Assembly: GCA_951406725.2 (NCBI GenBank)
Contig: OX597818.1
Span: 95,790,001 to 95,854,000, forward strand
DNA: 64,000 nt
Reading direction: 5' to 3'
Source: Octopus vulgaris
Lineage: Eukaryota
Positions 27,313-40,231 of this stretch are shown here, piece after piece. Under the pieces are notes generated by a model. The model had not been told where the DNA came from. It saw only the letters and a program-made list of their open reading frames with translations, and made no database searches. A program made the translations under genes and the position numbers. Position 1 is the first letter of the stretch, and each line of letters opens with the position of its first letter.

Positions 27313-27374
<62 letters not shown>

Positions 27375-27379
<5 letters not shown>

Positions 27380-27722
27380 TAATGTATCGACCGGTTTCGC
27401 AATCGCTATTCATGATATAATGTTTAATTTATATGAATATATATTTTTTCTTAAGAAGAAATTTGGTCCATGTAGTTTGTAATGAAATTCACGAGTGAAT
27501 GATTTTACAAAACTTGTAAAATCATTCACTCGTGAGTTTCATACACGCACAATGTTTCATATAAATTAAACATTATATCATGAATAGCGATTGCGAAACC
27601 GGTCGATACATTAAAAATTATATTATAACCTTGTAAGTGTGCGTATTTTTCCTTTTTTTAATTTTCTTATATACATTACAATCCACCACGTGGGGACAAC
27701 CGAAAGTCCTCTTTTCTGTTAC

Positions 27723-27726
<4 letters not shown>
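27375..27726 (+). mobile_element. ORF-less fold-back element in (TA)n with hammerhead-like motif
   Basis: Outer arms 27375-27436 and 27557-27618, inner arms about 27484-27509 and 27514-27542, then a tail of about 105 bp and (TA)n. Confidence 0.75.
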
Positions 27727-27802
<76 letters not shown>

Positions 27803-27804
<2 letters not shown>

Positions 27805-27986
27805 CGGGAAGGTTTACGAAAATAAACAAAAGACGAAGGCAGGTGGAGTACAAACAAACAAATGTATTAGTATGGCGCTCAGGAATAGAAATAGAACAAG
27901 TCTTTTACGTTTCGAGCCTACGCTCTTCGACAGAAAGATACACAGAAAAGAAACAAGGAGAGAAAAAATGCGTGTAGGAGCTAACG
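27803..27986 (-). mobile_element. 3' end of PLE family A (reverse orientation)
   Basis: Reverse complement of the 48450-48640 region, abutting (TA)n. Core variant CTGTCGA. Confidence 0.9.
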
Positions 27987-28140
27987 GTCTATCGTCAGTA
28001 AATCATGAATTCGAAAGAGAAACACACTCTAAATCTATAGACCAGTAGAGTAATTAGATAGTTATGGCCGGTCTGAAGAGACGCTGTAAAACTAAGCGCT
28101 TTATGAACGTGAAACTTTGGGTAGCCTCACAGACCAGCAA

Positions 28141-28222
<82 letters not shown>

Positions 28223-28270
28223 CCCACCTGTCTGTCTGTCTAGATGCGCGTGTGTGTGTACATATATATG

Positions 28271-29042
<772 letters not shown>

Positions 29043-29044
29043 TG

Positions 29045-29103
<59 letters not shown>

Positions 29104-29470
29104 TATGTTTAGTACTCTCATGTTTTGAGTTCCGTTTTTCTTGATTGTTCTAGCAAGTCTATATATATATACATGGTGTGTGCAAGTATAGATCCTGTTA
29201 TACATATAAGGAGATGGATAAATAGATTCAGCTCTCCAAACATAGATATAGTATAATTCAGAGGTTATATACGTATTCCATAAGCATTAATACTCTATCA
29301 TACACAAATTCCGCATATTATGTGTACAGTGTATGTGTGTGTGCTTCTGTATGTGCGTGCGTGTCTATGTATGTATGTATGTGTGTGTGTGTGTGTTCAT
29401 GTCTTTCATCAGGTCGTTAACTCTATGAGTCATGTCTATGATTATGAGCCTCGTTCGGTCAACTACTTAC

Positions 29471-29760
29471 CTGTACACCATGATAGGACCGTTCGAGTAG
29501 AGCTGACTCAGGGTTAAAAAAGAAGCAACAAAATTCAGTGAATGCTTTCGCTGTCGCTCTGGTCGTTTTGCCGGCTTTAAAACCATCCACCGCAGTAGTC
29601 ACTTCTGTAGTAGATATTTTTAACCTATCCCTGCCTTTACTTGTTACTTTCTTTCTCAGATCCTCTGTTTTGAAAGCCTTTTCGTATTCTTCCTCACCGC
29701 TTTTTATTATCTCTGACACTGCACACCCACATAACTCTAAATACCCATAAGCACAATACC
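29471..29760 (-). other. Candidate host-gene exon (possible first exon)
   Basis: Island of complex sequence ending in a perfect donor CAG|GTAAGT (intron begins at 29470 on minus). atcATGG start context at 29481 would give M-V-Y-(R/S). Upstream boundary unknown. Confidence 0.4.
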
Positions 29761-29888
29761 TCCACCACGTCCACATACGCGCACACATATATGGACACAA
29801 ATGCTCACAAACATATACACACAAACACTCCACGTATACACAAGCATACACACACTTATATACAAAAATGCCCCCGACACAGCTACAA

Positions 29889-29960
<72 letters not shown>

Positions 29961-30329
29961 ACACACACACACGCCTACCCAACATACTCACACCTACAAA
30001 AATAGATGTATCCCGACACAACTACAAGCACATTCACACATCCACACTTATGCCAACACATACAAGCACACAACCACACACGTATATACTCAAACCACCC
30101 CCACACGTACAAACACCAACACCCACAAACGCACAAACACCCTTACACATCCATAAATACATCCACATACCCCAGACAAACAAGAACACAAATACATACA
30201 TATATATATACCCCGCACACGCAAACACAGGATCAGACACATGTACAAACACCACCCAGCATCCCGACACTACACATTTATATGCTACACACATCACTCT
30301 GTGTTCTGTATTCCACACCCAATATTTTT

Positions 30330-30974
30330 CTACTTTTTCTTTTCGCTATTTTCCTTTCATCTCTCAAATTTTTATCTTTTTACATCTCGTTAACTTTCAT
30401 TTTCATTTTCATAATTCAGTTTCTCCCGTTACTCCTTTTTTTGTTTCTCTCTTTCCCTCTTCTCTTCCTCCTCTCTCTTATCTATAGCTTTGTCTCTTCC
30501 TCAAACCTCTGTTCTTCTATCTTCTAGTGTCCCTTCTCTAATCTGACACTCTCCATTCTTTCCCCCCTCTTTTATTTTCTTTCTGTCTATTTTCTATAAG
30601 TCTATCTGTCTCTATTCAATAGTTCTGTCTCTTCCTCAACCTCCTCTCTTCTATCTTCTTCCAGTGTCCCTTCTCTATTCTAAAATTCTCCATTCTGCCA
30701 CACCTTTCTTCCGTCACTTCACCCTCTTTTTTGCTCTTTTTTTCCTCTCTCTATCTTTGTAACTCTTCTACAAACCCAACTCTCTTTCTTGTAACTCTTC
30801 TCTACCATCATTCTGATTCTTTCTCACATTTCTCTGTACCTCTCTATATCTCTCTTTCTTTCATCTCTTCGTACTTCTTTCTGTATCTCTCTTTCTTCTT
30901 CTTCTTCTTCTTCTTCTTCTTCTTCTTCTTCTTCTTCTTCTTCTTCTTCTTCTTCTTCTTCTTCTTCTTCTTCT

Positions 30975-31005
<31 letters not shown>

Positions 31006-31110
31006 CCCCTCTCTCTCTCCCATTCTTCATTCTATTCTAGTCTCTTCTCTTATATTCTATTTTACTCTCCACCAGCTACATGCCACTCTCTTCGTCACTC
31101 ATTCATTCGT
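30330..31110. repeat. Polypyrimidine tract with (TTC)n and (TC)n
   Basis: Seen directly. Includes a short internal duplication at about 30490-30560 and 30625-30697. Confidence 0.9.
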
Positions 31111-31174
31111 CTAATCTGTTTGTATGTGTATGTTCATGTGTATATATGTTTGTGCTTTTATATATTTGTATGTT

Positions 31175-31217
<43 letters not shown>

Positions 31218-31850
31218 CTGTGTATATATAAATGTTTTTATAAATCTTTGTATATGTATGTATGCATATATATGTTTGTGTACGTATATATGTATATATA
31301 TGCATGTATATGTATATCTTTTTGTGTGTATATATATATCTATATATGTGTGCATGTGTATCTATATTTTTGAGTGTGTATTTATATGTATATATATTTC
31401 TTTGTATGTGCTCCATCCTATTTATATACTACCTTGCTTCTTTCAAGGATGTCTGCTTACTCTGTAACCGATACTTTCTTTCTTTCTTTCTTTCTTTCGT
31501 TCTCAATCTTAGCCGTTCCAAGTCTCCTATACCTCTCTTTATTTTCATTATCTCGCCGATGCGTTTTTATTTGATGTATTTTTTTCTCTTTTCCTAATGC
31601 CTTTTGTCTTTCGTCACATTTCGACCCGAAGTGCCTCTCATTCATTTCACCATCCTTCAGTTTGTTAATATCTCTCAATTGTTCTGAACATACTAATCTA
31701 TACTCTAAAGTCTCCTTAAAGAATTTACCCTGAATGAGATTTTACTCACTTTTTCACTTCTCTTCTCACTCTCTCTCATTTCCTTTCTTTCTTTTTGAAC
31801 TTATGTTTTTATATGTATGCCCAATGAGGTACGAAGAATATATATATATA

Positions 31851-32279
31851 TTTAAGTAGGTGAATAAATTATTCTATGTTTATCGTCAGCATGGAAAATT
31901 CGTTTAACCGAAACCTGGGTAGCAAATTCACGTCAGAAAACACGGTTGAAGCGACCTGTCAAGGGTAGAAACTCCGGGTTCATGTGTAGAAATTTGTGTG
32001 TTGTATATGAATGAATGAAAGAATGGAGTCGAACGAAGATGTTAACAAAATTCCTTTACTCTCGACACATGTTTCGAAGACAGCATTTTCTCATTCCAAA
32101 GGAATAAAGGGTGCATTATGCAATCTTCTCATCAGGAAAGAAAGGGAGCCTCTCTCGACAACAAGACAACAAAAATTTCGATGATTGCCTTCATTCCTTT
32201 GGAATGAGAAAATGCTGTCTTCGAAACATGTGTCGAGAGTAAAGGAATTTTGTTAACATCTTCGTTCGACTCCATTCTT
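31851..32279 (-). mobile_element. ORF-less fold-back element with canonical hammerhead
   Basis: Arms 32019-32105 and 32193-32279 are reverse complements. Tail 31851-32018 ends at (TA)n. Confidence 0.8.
32054..32144 (-). ncRNA. Type I hammerhead ribozyme
   Basis: Minus: ctttc CTGATGA gaaga-ttgcat...atgc-tg-tcttc GAAAC atgt GTC gagag. Predicted cleavage after C at 32064. Confidence 0.85.
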
Positions 32280-32770
32280 CCCCTCTCCCCTTACCTCCCC
32301 CTCTTCTCCTCTCTCTACACTACACCATACGACTTTACACATCACATCATATATACATACACACGTCCAGACCTCTCATACGCACTAATACTCTCTCATA
32401 CACACACACACACACTCTTCTCATACACACACACACTCTTATGTTGGAGTGAGGTCATTCAACCCTATTATCTCCCCTAATTTCGCTCTTGCGCCTCATG
32501 TTTGATCTTTGACTTCTGGCCGAAATCAGATCGCCATGTTGATTCGCTAGCTTCTGCACGCATATTTTTTTTCTCTCCTTCTTTCTGTGTTTTTTCTCTG
32601 TGTATCTTTCTGTTGAAGAGCGTAGGCTCGAAACGTTAAAGACTTGTTTTATTTATATTTCCTGAGCGCCATACTAATACAATTGTTTGTTTGTATTCCA
32701 CCTGCCTTCGTCTTTTGTTTATTTCCGTAAACCTGCCTTCGTCTTTTGTCTATTTTCATAAAGCTTCCCG

Positions 32771-32772
<2 letters not shown>
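32280..32772 (+). mobile_element. 3' end of PLE family A
   Basis: Similar to about 47900-48640 with deletions. Ends aagcttcccgtt-(AT)n. Hammerhead-like core at 32610-32616. Confidence 0.9.
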
Positions 32773-32826
<54 letters not shown>

Positions 32827-34165
32827 GTCCGCGCGCGCACACGTGTAAACAATTAAGTTTATTCGTAGAGATAACAACAACAATGAATATGAATTGTTTT
32901 CCTTTTATTTACTATATACCAGCAAAAAATAGACCTCTTCCGATTTTATTTGTAGAATAATTCAGTAATAATAATGCCACAGTACGTGGTTTGAAGACAC
33001 AGGTTCAAATCGGACAGAATTCAGATAGAATATAGCAAAGCTTAAGGTAAAGTTTGTAGATGTGCTTTCAAGAATGAATATTCATATTTTCGTGGTTTAC
33101 ATAGTCAATTGAATAATGTGTTGTAGTAGATAGAAAGTCTTATTGAAAATGTACTTATATGCGTATGCGTTTATAAAATCTAGACATTTACAAGTAAATA
33201 ACGGGCAATTATAAATAAAAGTTAGTACAAGCAGAAGTTCTATCGAGGTATGGCAACGGTTGAGGTTTACTGCCAGCAAGGAATATAATGAAAGGAGACA
33301 ACTTATTGATGGATACTAGTGATAGATAAAAGAGAGTTAGAAATTGACTAGTTTACTTCTTAAATAGCTAAAAAAAATGGCTCACAGTCTACAATACACA
33401 TAACGACAGTGATGCAAAAATATCTCTGCATAAAATCGCTACAAATGTATATATGTATGTATGTATGTATGTTGTATGCATGCACGCATGAATGTACATA
33501 CACACATAGGTATGCAAATGCATCTCTATACACATGCGTACATACATGTGGGCAAAATCATTTTACCTTTCTTTCTCTGTATTACATACCCGTGTGTGTG
33601 TGTAAACTTGTTATCTGTAATTTTTACAGGTCATTATTGCAAAACTTCTAAGTCATAGTCGTAATGTGTTCCTATCAAATAAAATATCAAGACTCCTCTT
33701 TGGCATTGGAGCATTTTTTCATTTGATTTTCTTTGCTCTTCTCTAAAACACCAACACATGCATGCACTCGTCCTCTGCACACGCGTACTTATATATGTGT
33801 GTGCGAGTGTTGTATATGTATATGTGTGTATGTATTAAATTATCATATTGGTTTCAAATTTTGGCACAAGGCCAGCAATTTCGTAGGAAGGGGTAAATCG
33901 ATTACGTTGACCCCAGTACTCAACCGGTACTTATTTCAATGACCCCGAAAAGATCAAAGACAAAGTCGACCTCGGTGGAATTTGAACCCAGAACGTAAAG
34001 ACAGACGAAATGCTGCAAAGCATTTTGTCCTGCGTGCTAACGGTTTTGCCAGCTCGCCGCCATAAGTTGTTATATTAAAGTTAAAGAATGGGATGACACA
34101 ATATTGAGACCGGAAGGCATATCGGAGAGTCCTAGTCAACACAAACTTATATATATATATATATA

Positions 34166-34727
34166 TATAAGGAAAGGAAGGATTGTAGGTGTAGGTGATC
34201 TTTAATTCATAATCTAGTTTGGTACAGAACCAATATACATTCTACAAATTGGTTCGGAGTTTAATTAATTCCAAAGACAAAAACGAAAGACTCTTTTTGA
34301 AATAAAAACTAGAATCTTCGTCAGGAATTACATACGGGTATGAATAATTACGACCAACAAAAATATACAAAGACCTTTTATAGCGCAGATGGGAACGAAC
34401 AAATAATAATAAAATGAAAGATAACTAGAACGCCAGATAATTCAAAACCAGAAAAATATATTTAAAAATATCCACTCCAGCGTTTTATTAACATTAAAAT
34501 TCATGATATGTAAATATCTAGGTTTTTTTTATTTTTTTAAAAAACGTTTTTTATTAAAAAAAAATTAAAGAACGTCTACACCTACAATTTTTCCTTTCCT
34601 TATACTTCATTTATTGTTGTTTTTGCAAATACTGAATATATATATTTTTTATATATACTCTTTACCTGGACTGTACCGGCGGACTTGGATGTTTGACATC
34701 CCTTTGAAGGATTTCGGGTCTCACTTA
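34166..34727 (+). mobile_element. Degraded fold-back element between (TA)n tracts
   Basis: ataaggaaaggaaggattgtaggtgtag (about 34167-34194) versus ctacacctacaatttttcctttccttat (about 34576-34603). Minus-strand taattc CTGACGA at about 34318-34330. Tail of about 120 bp. Confidence 0.55.
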
Positions 34728-34753
34728 TATATATATATATATATATATATATA

Positions 34754-35123
34754 CTAGCAGTATCGCCCGGCGTTGCTCGGGTTTGTAAGGGAAATAACTA
34801 TAAAGCATTTTTAGAGAGTTATAGCCAAAAAATGGAAAAAAAATGATTGTAAATTTTTTTTTTAGTTAAAAAGGTCGAGTTGCGTCCCCTAGACAGTCTG
34901 TGGTTTGTGTTTCTGATTCTCGACCCCATGTCGAATTTATCGATTTTTTTCAGAACTGGGGGAACTTTTCAAAATTTTCGCTGCGTTAGTTTTGAATTAT
35001 GACATTGGGCTATGTGTGTGTCAAGTTTCATCAGAATCGGTTGAAAGCCGTGGTCAGGGTGAGGGTACAACCTAACAGACACACAGAAACACACACAGAC
35101 AAACTGCCGTTTATATATAGAGA
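34754..35123 (-). mobile_element. Non-autonomous Helitron
   Basis: Minus: A|TCTCTATATATAAA ... cccgagcaacgccgggcgatactgCTAG|T. Hairpin 8 nt upstream of the terminal CTAG, no TSD, inside (TA)n. Confidence 0.8.
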
Positions 35124-35140
35124 TATATATATATATATAT

Positions 35141-35320
35141 ATTAGAAGAAATAAGGTACTCAGAAATTTGGATGGTTTTTATATTTACAGATTTTTAATT
35201 ATATGTCACATGTCTTTATAAATCATATATCAGCGCGTGCATCCACTCTAGTGGATTCTTCAGATTGAATTTTTTCAGGATATTTGTCTCTTTTTATACT
35301 CTTATTGAGTGTGTAGGGGT

Positions 35321-35374
<54 letters not shown>

Positions 35375-35548
35375 TCAATAATACTATAAAAAGAGACAAA
35401 TATCCTGAAAAAATTCAATCTGAAGAATCCACTAGAGTGGATGCACGCGCTGATATATGATTTATATATACGCGCTGATATATGTTTTTACATGTGACAT
35501 ATAATTAAAAATCTGTAAATATAAAAACCTTTCTGAGTACCTCATTTC

Positions 35549-35555
<7 letters not shown>
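35141..35555. repeat. Palindrome centred on and flanked by (TA)n
   Basis: 35141-35313 is the reverse complement of 35369-35555 with small indels. Confidence 0.9.
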
Positions 35556-35617
<62 letters not shown>

Positions 35618-35906
35618 AAAAGGGATAAATTATCCTGGTGGATACCGTATTATCTCATGAATAGGTATAGATGTCGGCTATCCACAACGGCCCAATTACA
35701 TAGTATTCAAGCTTAAAAGAGATACTGCTACAGTTAACTGTAATCCAAATAAACATTTTAAAACCACGCTTCAACAGTAATACCAGTCGAGGTGATTATT
35801 AGACCAGATTTCCACTGGACTTAAAAAGTAACGCTCTTTCCTTCAACTGAATACCAACGCTGGACGCTTGTTTGAATTAGTTCACTTTGAAAACGTCGTG
35901 AATGAT

Positions 35907-35993
35907 GGATCCTAGATGAAATTGCAGCGACTAGGATGCATAATTGCATACAGAGCAATGTGCAGTCGCTGCAGTAGAAACATATGTAGGTCA
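35907..35993 (+). ncRNA. Hammerhead-like motif with 1-nt core insertion
   Basis: gatc CTAGATGA a attgcagcgact...agtcgctgcagt a GAAAC atat GTA ggtc. Has a 12-bp stem II. Confidence 0.6.
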
Positions 35994-36793
35994 GTGTTGT
36001 ACATGCTGTAGAAAACTTTTTAATAAAAATGTTTTAGATGGGAATAAATCTCCATTCTCGGTTATCAGGTGTGCGTGCGCGCGCGAGTGTGCGCGCGTGC
36101 ACGTATGAATGTGTGTGTACATATGTAAGTATATATATGTATGCATAAATATATATTCATACATATATATATTATGTATGTGTGTATATATATATATATG
36201 CGTATATATATGTCTATGTATATATATATGTATATACATACATGCATACATGCAATCATACATACATACATACATACATACATACATACATACATACATA
36301 CATACATACATACATACATACATACATACATTGTTTCTAATATAACATTTAAATGAGCGAAATAGAAAAGGAACAAAAGCCAACCGGAAGACCCATATAA
36401 AAAAAAAGAAAAACCCATCCAAAAACATCAGTCGTAAAACATCGTCATAAGACGTTAGCCATTGTAATATAAACCAAAAATATGCAAATGATTATTGATA
36501 ATTTTTATTTAATCAATGCACGAAAAGACAACAGCAGAAATAAACTTGAATAAAAACTGAAATAAATCAAACTACTTCGATAGTACTCTCGTGGGAGGGG
36601 TTTGGTTGAAGTCAATGTAAATCAAACGCGCCTAAATTAGCATTTCTTATACTTTAACAAAAGCATAAACGTGTGGGGAAATTTGAGTATTCTGTATTAT
36701 GAGCTCGCAAACGTGGATATTATAAATATTATCTGCCCTGATGACGACTGAGTGAAATCGAAACGAAGAATACAATCTTGAAAAGAGTATGCA

Positions 36794-36886
<93 letters not shown>

Positions 36887-36935
36887 GTCTATCTGTCTGT
36901 CTATCTGTCTGTCTATCTGTCTATCTGTCTGTCTA

Positions 36936-36969
<34 letters not shown>

Positions 36970-39106
36970 GGTCGGTCGGTCGGTCAATCAATCAATCGAT
37001 CAATCATCCAATCAAGAGTCGGTCACCACCCACGAAAGTATATAACCTGTATTGTGTTTTCGTTGATTGTTTTAGGTGCTTATATAATCACGAGCATAAA
37101 TACGCACCTTCTCGAATCTCCTATCGTTAGATCCAGCGCTCAAGGAGAACTCATTTAGTTCTAATTTTCAGCTGAATAAACTGGAGCAACATAAAATGAA
37201 GTATCTTGGTCAAAGGCATAACGCACCACCTAATCCAGGTATTGAACCTGGGGCTTATAATCGTGAAATAAACACTCTAACCATTGGACCAAGTGCTTTC
37301 TCCCTCTCTCTCCCCCCTCTCTCTCACACACAGACACACACTCTCTCTCTCCCTCTCTTTCACACACACCATACATACATACGCGCCATATATGTTTGTC
37401 ATTCGGTCTTGTCTGACTTGATATGAACCACACCTTTTAATAATGTTTTTTAGGTGTCAATGAAATCTTGAGCAGACGCAGAGTTCCTCCCTATCCATCC
37501 ACTCCTTAACCCGATGAAATGTCTGATTCCTTACAACTGAAGGGAGTTGCATTCCACCACTTGAGTGGTACTTTATTTTACCAACGCCAGAAAGCTAGGA
37601 TAGTCTTAGAAGCTTTACAGGTCCCCTAGCCAGTTATCAGTGCATTGGACCCTATAGTATTTACTTATTGACAGCAAGCCACAAAATACAGAAATCAAAA
37701 CTGGGTCTCTAGACCGGTAAGGCTACTGAGCAGCTGCCTGTTGTGCCCATGCGGAAGGCTAAAGGAATTATGGGGGAGGTTTTAAGTGAATTACATGGAC
37801 TCCAGTGCTCAACTGGTACTTATTTTATATATCTACCCCAAGAGGATGAAAGGCAAAGTCGATCTCGGTGGATTTGAGCTCGGAAAGACAAACGAAATGC
37901 CGCTAAGCATTTTCTCCGGCGTACTAAAGATTCTGCCCGCTCACTGCCTTATCAATGTCAGCATTAATACTTTTCTACTTATAGGCACAAGGCCTGAAAT
38001 TTGGAGAGGGAGATAGTCGACTACATCGACTCCAGTACGCAGCTGGTACTTATTTTATCTACCCCGAAAGGATGAAAGGCAAAGTCGACCTCAGTGGAAT
38101 TTGAACTCGGAAAGACAGACGAAATGTTAAGCATTTTCCCCAGCGTGTTAACGATTCTGCCAGCTCGCCGCCTTATCAGAGTCGGCATTAATACTTTTCT
38201 ACTATAGGCACAAAATTCGGCATTAATACTGCAAGACATTTTTGTTCGGCGTGCTAATTCTTCCAATTCATCGTCATGAAAGTCATTCCTTGTGGAGTAT
38301 GTTCAGCGGCGTAACCAAATACTGACGCACTAAAGAAATAATGTAACCATGTCAATGCAATGAGGATTAATACAAAGTTGCACCCAATTGTTTTCCATAG
38401 GGATAGTGAGAAAGTTCAGCACAGAATTGTAATCAAAGAAAAATTCAATGACCGCTCAGACATTTTTATCACTGGAAGGTGTAGGTGGATTTGAAGAAAG
38501 CACTCATTTTCCTAAGCCATAAGGTACTGTCGACGCAGTATTGTGATTTGATGAAAGCAGTGATTGCTGAGCTGATAGTGCCCTGGTAAGGTAATATAAT
38601 GTTCACATGAAAGAAAGAACTTCAAATATGAAGAGTTTAGGAAATCGGTTGGGGTACGAAGACAGTTGTGGGTTTGTGGTTAATTTCACCGTGCCCTACC
38701 TGAATGGAATGGGTCTTAGGTAAGTAGTGACTCAAGCTGGGGAGGAAAGTAGAAGATGCTTCATCATAGATATGGCAGATGTATATGAAAAAAAGACCTA
38801 ACCTGAAAGCATAGAATAAATCTGTTATATATTGTAAACTATATTGTTGCTGTATGGTTGAAGTAGTGAGATCCGCATTCACCTTGGTGCATGGATAGCA
38901 GAGAAAAGAGAGAGGATGTTATAGTTTGTGCCTAAATAAACCGGACATTTCCAGGTAGCATTTCTGCTGCTTCACAGTGGAGTAAGAAGAAACTGTTGGA
39001 AGGTGCCGAAATCGCAGAGATCCCTTGTCGACAGCTAATGCAGAGAAGACTTCATTGTGCGAGCTGTACCTAAAATATAACGACAACATCAACAACAAAA
39101 ATAGCA

Positions 39107-39150
<44 letters not shown>

Positions 39151-39352
39151 GTTGACAAGAATTTGTAAACTTTTGAGAGGACGTGAAATAATTCTTTTCT
39201 AGAATAATGGATCTCGAAGCATATATAAAATTATAAATAATAGCATACAAATATCAGGTTGCTAATTCCTTTTGGATAGAAAACGTGAAGGTTACCATAT
39301 TACATGAACCCACATCGCCTGTAGATATGATGAGCAGCCTTCGACTTTCATT

Positions 39353-39389
<37 letters not shown>

Positions 39390-39394
<5 letters not shown>

Positions 39395-39676
39395 TGAGAT
39401 AAAAAACCAAGGCTGTGAAGATTTTAGAACATTTATGAATAGGTCTTACAGCTGTTTCCAGGATATTTTTATATCCCTTCATCGGAGACGGTGTGAGACA
39501 ATGGTTAAACAATAGCTAATTTAGATAAGATATGAAATAGAGAGTGAAGTGGGCTCCTTATTCGCATAATCACCGAACTTGGTGCTTATCTATGGTCTGT
39601 GGTCTGTCCATAGCACTTACTCAGCATTACCTGACACCTTTGGGTCTTATTGATACCATTACCTCTCATAACCTCT
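39390..39676 (+). mobile_element. Deleted copy of the 50428-50948 fold-back family
   Basis: Left arm 39390-39551 is joined directly to the tail. Minus-strand hammerhead 39443-39489 has core CCGATGA. Confidence 0.85.
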
Positions 39677-39725
39677 CTCTCTCTCACACTCCCCTCGCTC
39701 ACTCTCTCTTTCTCTCTCTCTCTCT

Positions 39726-39774
<49 letters not shown>

Positions 39775-39972
39775 CGCAGGCATGGTTGTGTGGTAAGAAT
39801 CTTGCTTCCCAACCACGCGGTTCCGGATTCAGTCCCACTGCGTGACACCTTGGGCAAGTGTTTTCTACTACAGCCTCGGGTTTTGAGTGGATTTGGTAGA
39901 CGGAAAATGAAAGAAACCCATCGTGTATATATATATATAATCAAAATAAGCAACAAGAATGACTCCGGTAAT

Positions 39973-40058
39973 TTGGTACAATTGTTTCGCACTACATCAT
40001 TTTATTAAAAGTTGTAAGTATTACAACAGGTTTAAGATGCTGAGTGCTCATCAGCCAA
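39973..40058 (-). ncRNA. Type I hammerhead ribozyme (mirror copy)
   Basis: Reverse complement of 40147-40231 with core intact. Confidence 0.85.
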
Positions 40059-40146
40059 TTATATAGGTTTTCCATTAATATAAAAGCTTCCATTAATATA
40101 AAAGCTTTGATTTGAAAGCTTTTATATTAATGGAAAACCTATATAA

Positions 40147-40231
40147 TTGGCTGATGAGCACTCAGCATCTAAATCTGTTGTAATACTTACAACTTTTAAT
40201 AAAATGATGTAGTGCGAAACAATTGTACCAA
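40147..40231 (+). ncRNA. Type I hammerhead ribozyme
   Basis: ttgg CTGATGA gcact...agtgc GAAAC aatt GTA ccaa. Predicted cleavage after 40227. Confidence 0.9.

Noticed and set aside
29459-29968. 169-aa minus ORF as a complete gene
   Set aside because: The N-terminal half is (TG)n and the rest has no recognisable domain. Kept only as a candidate exon.
36738-36770. CTGATGA...GAAAC hammerhead-like match
   Set aside because: Stem II is weak, there is no NUH cleavage triplet and no convincing stem I. At most a dead relic.
38280-39110. Possible degraded LINE or exon on the minus strand
   Set aside because: No continuous recognisable motif.
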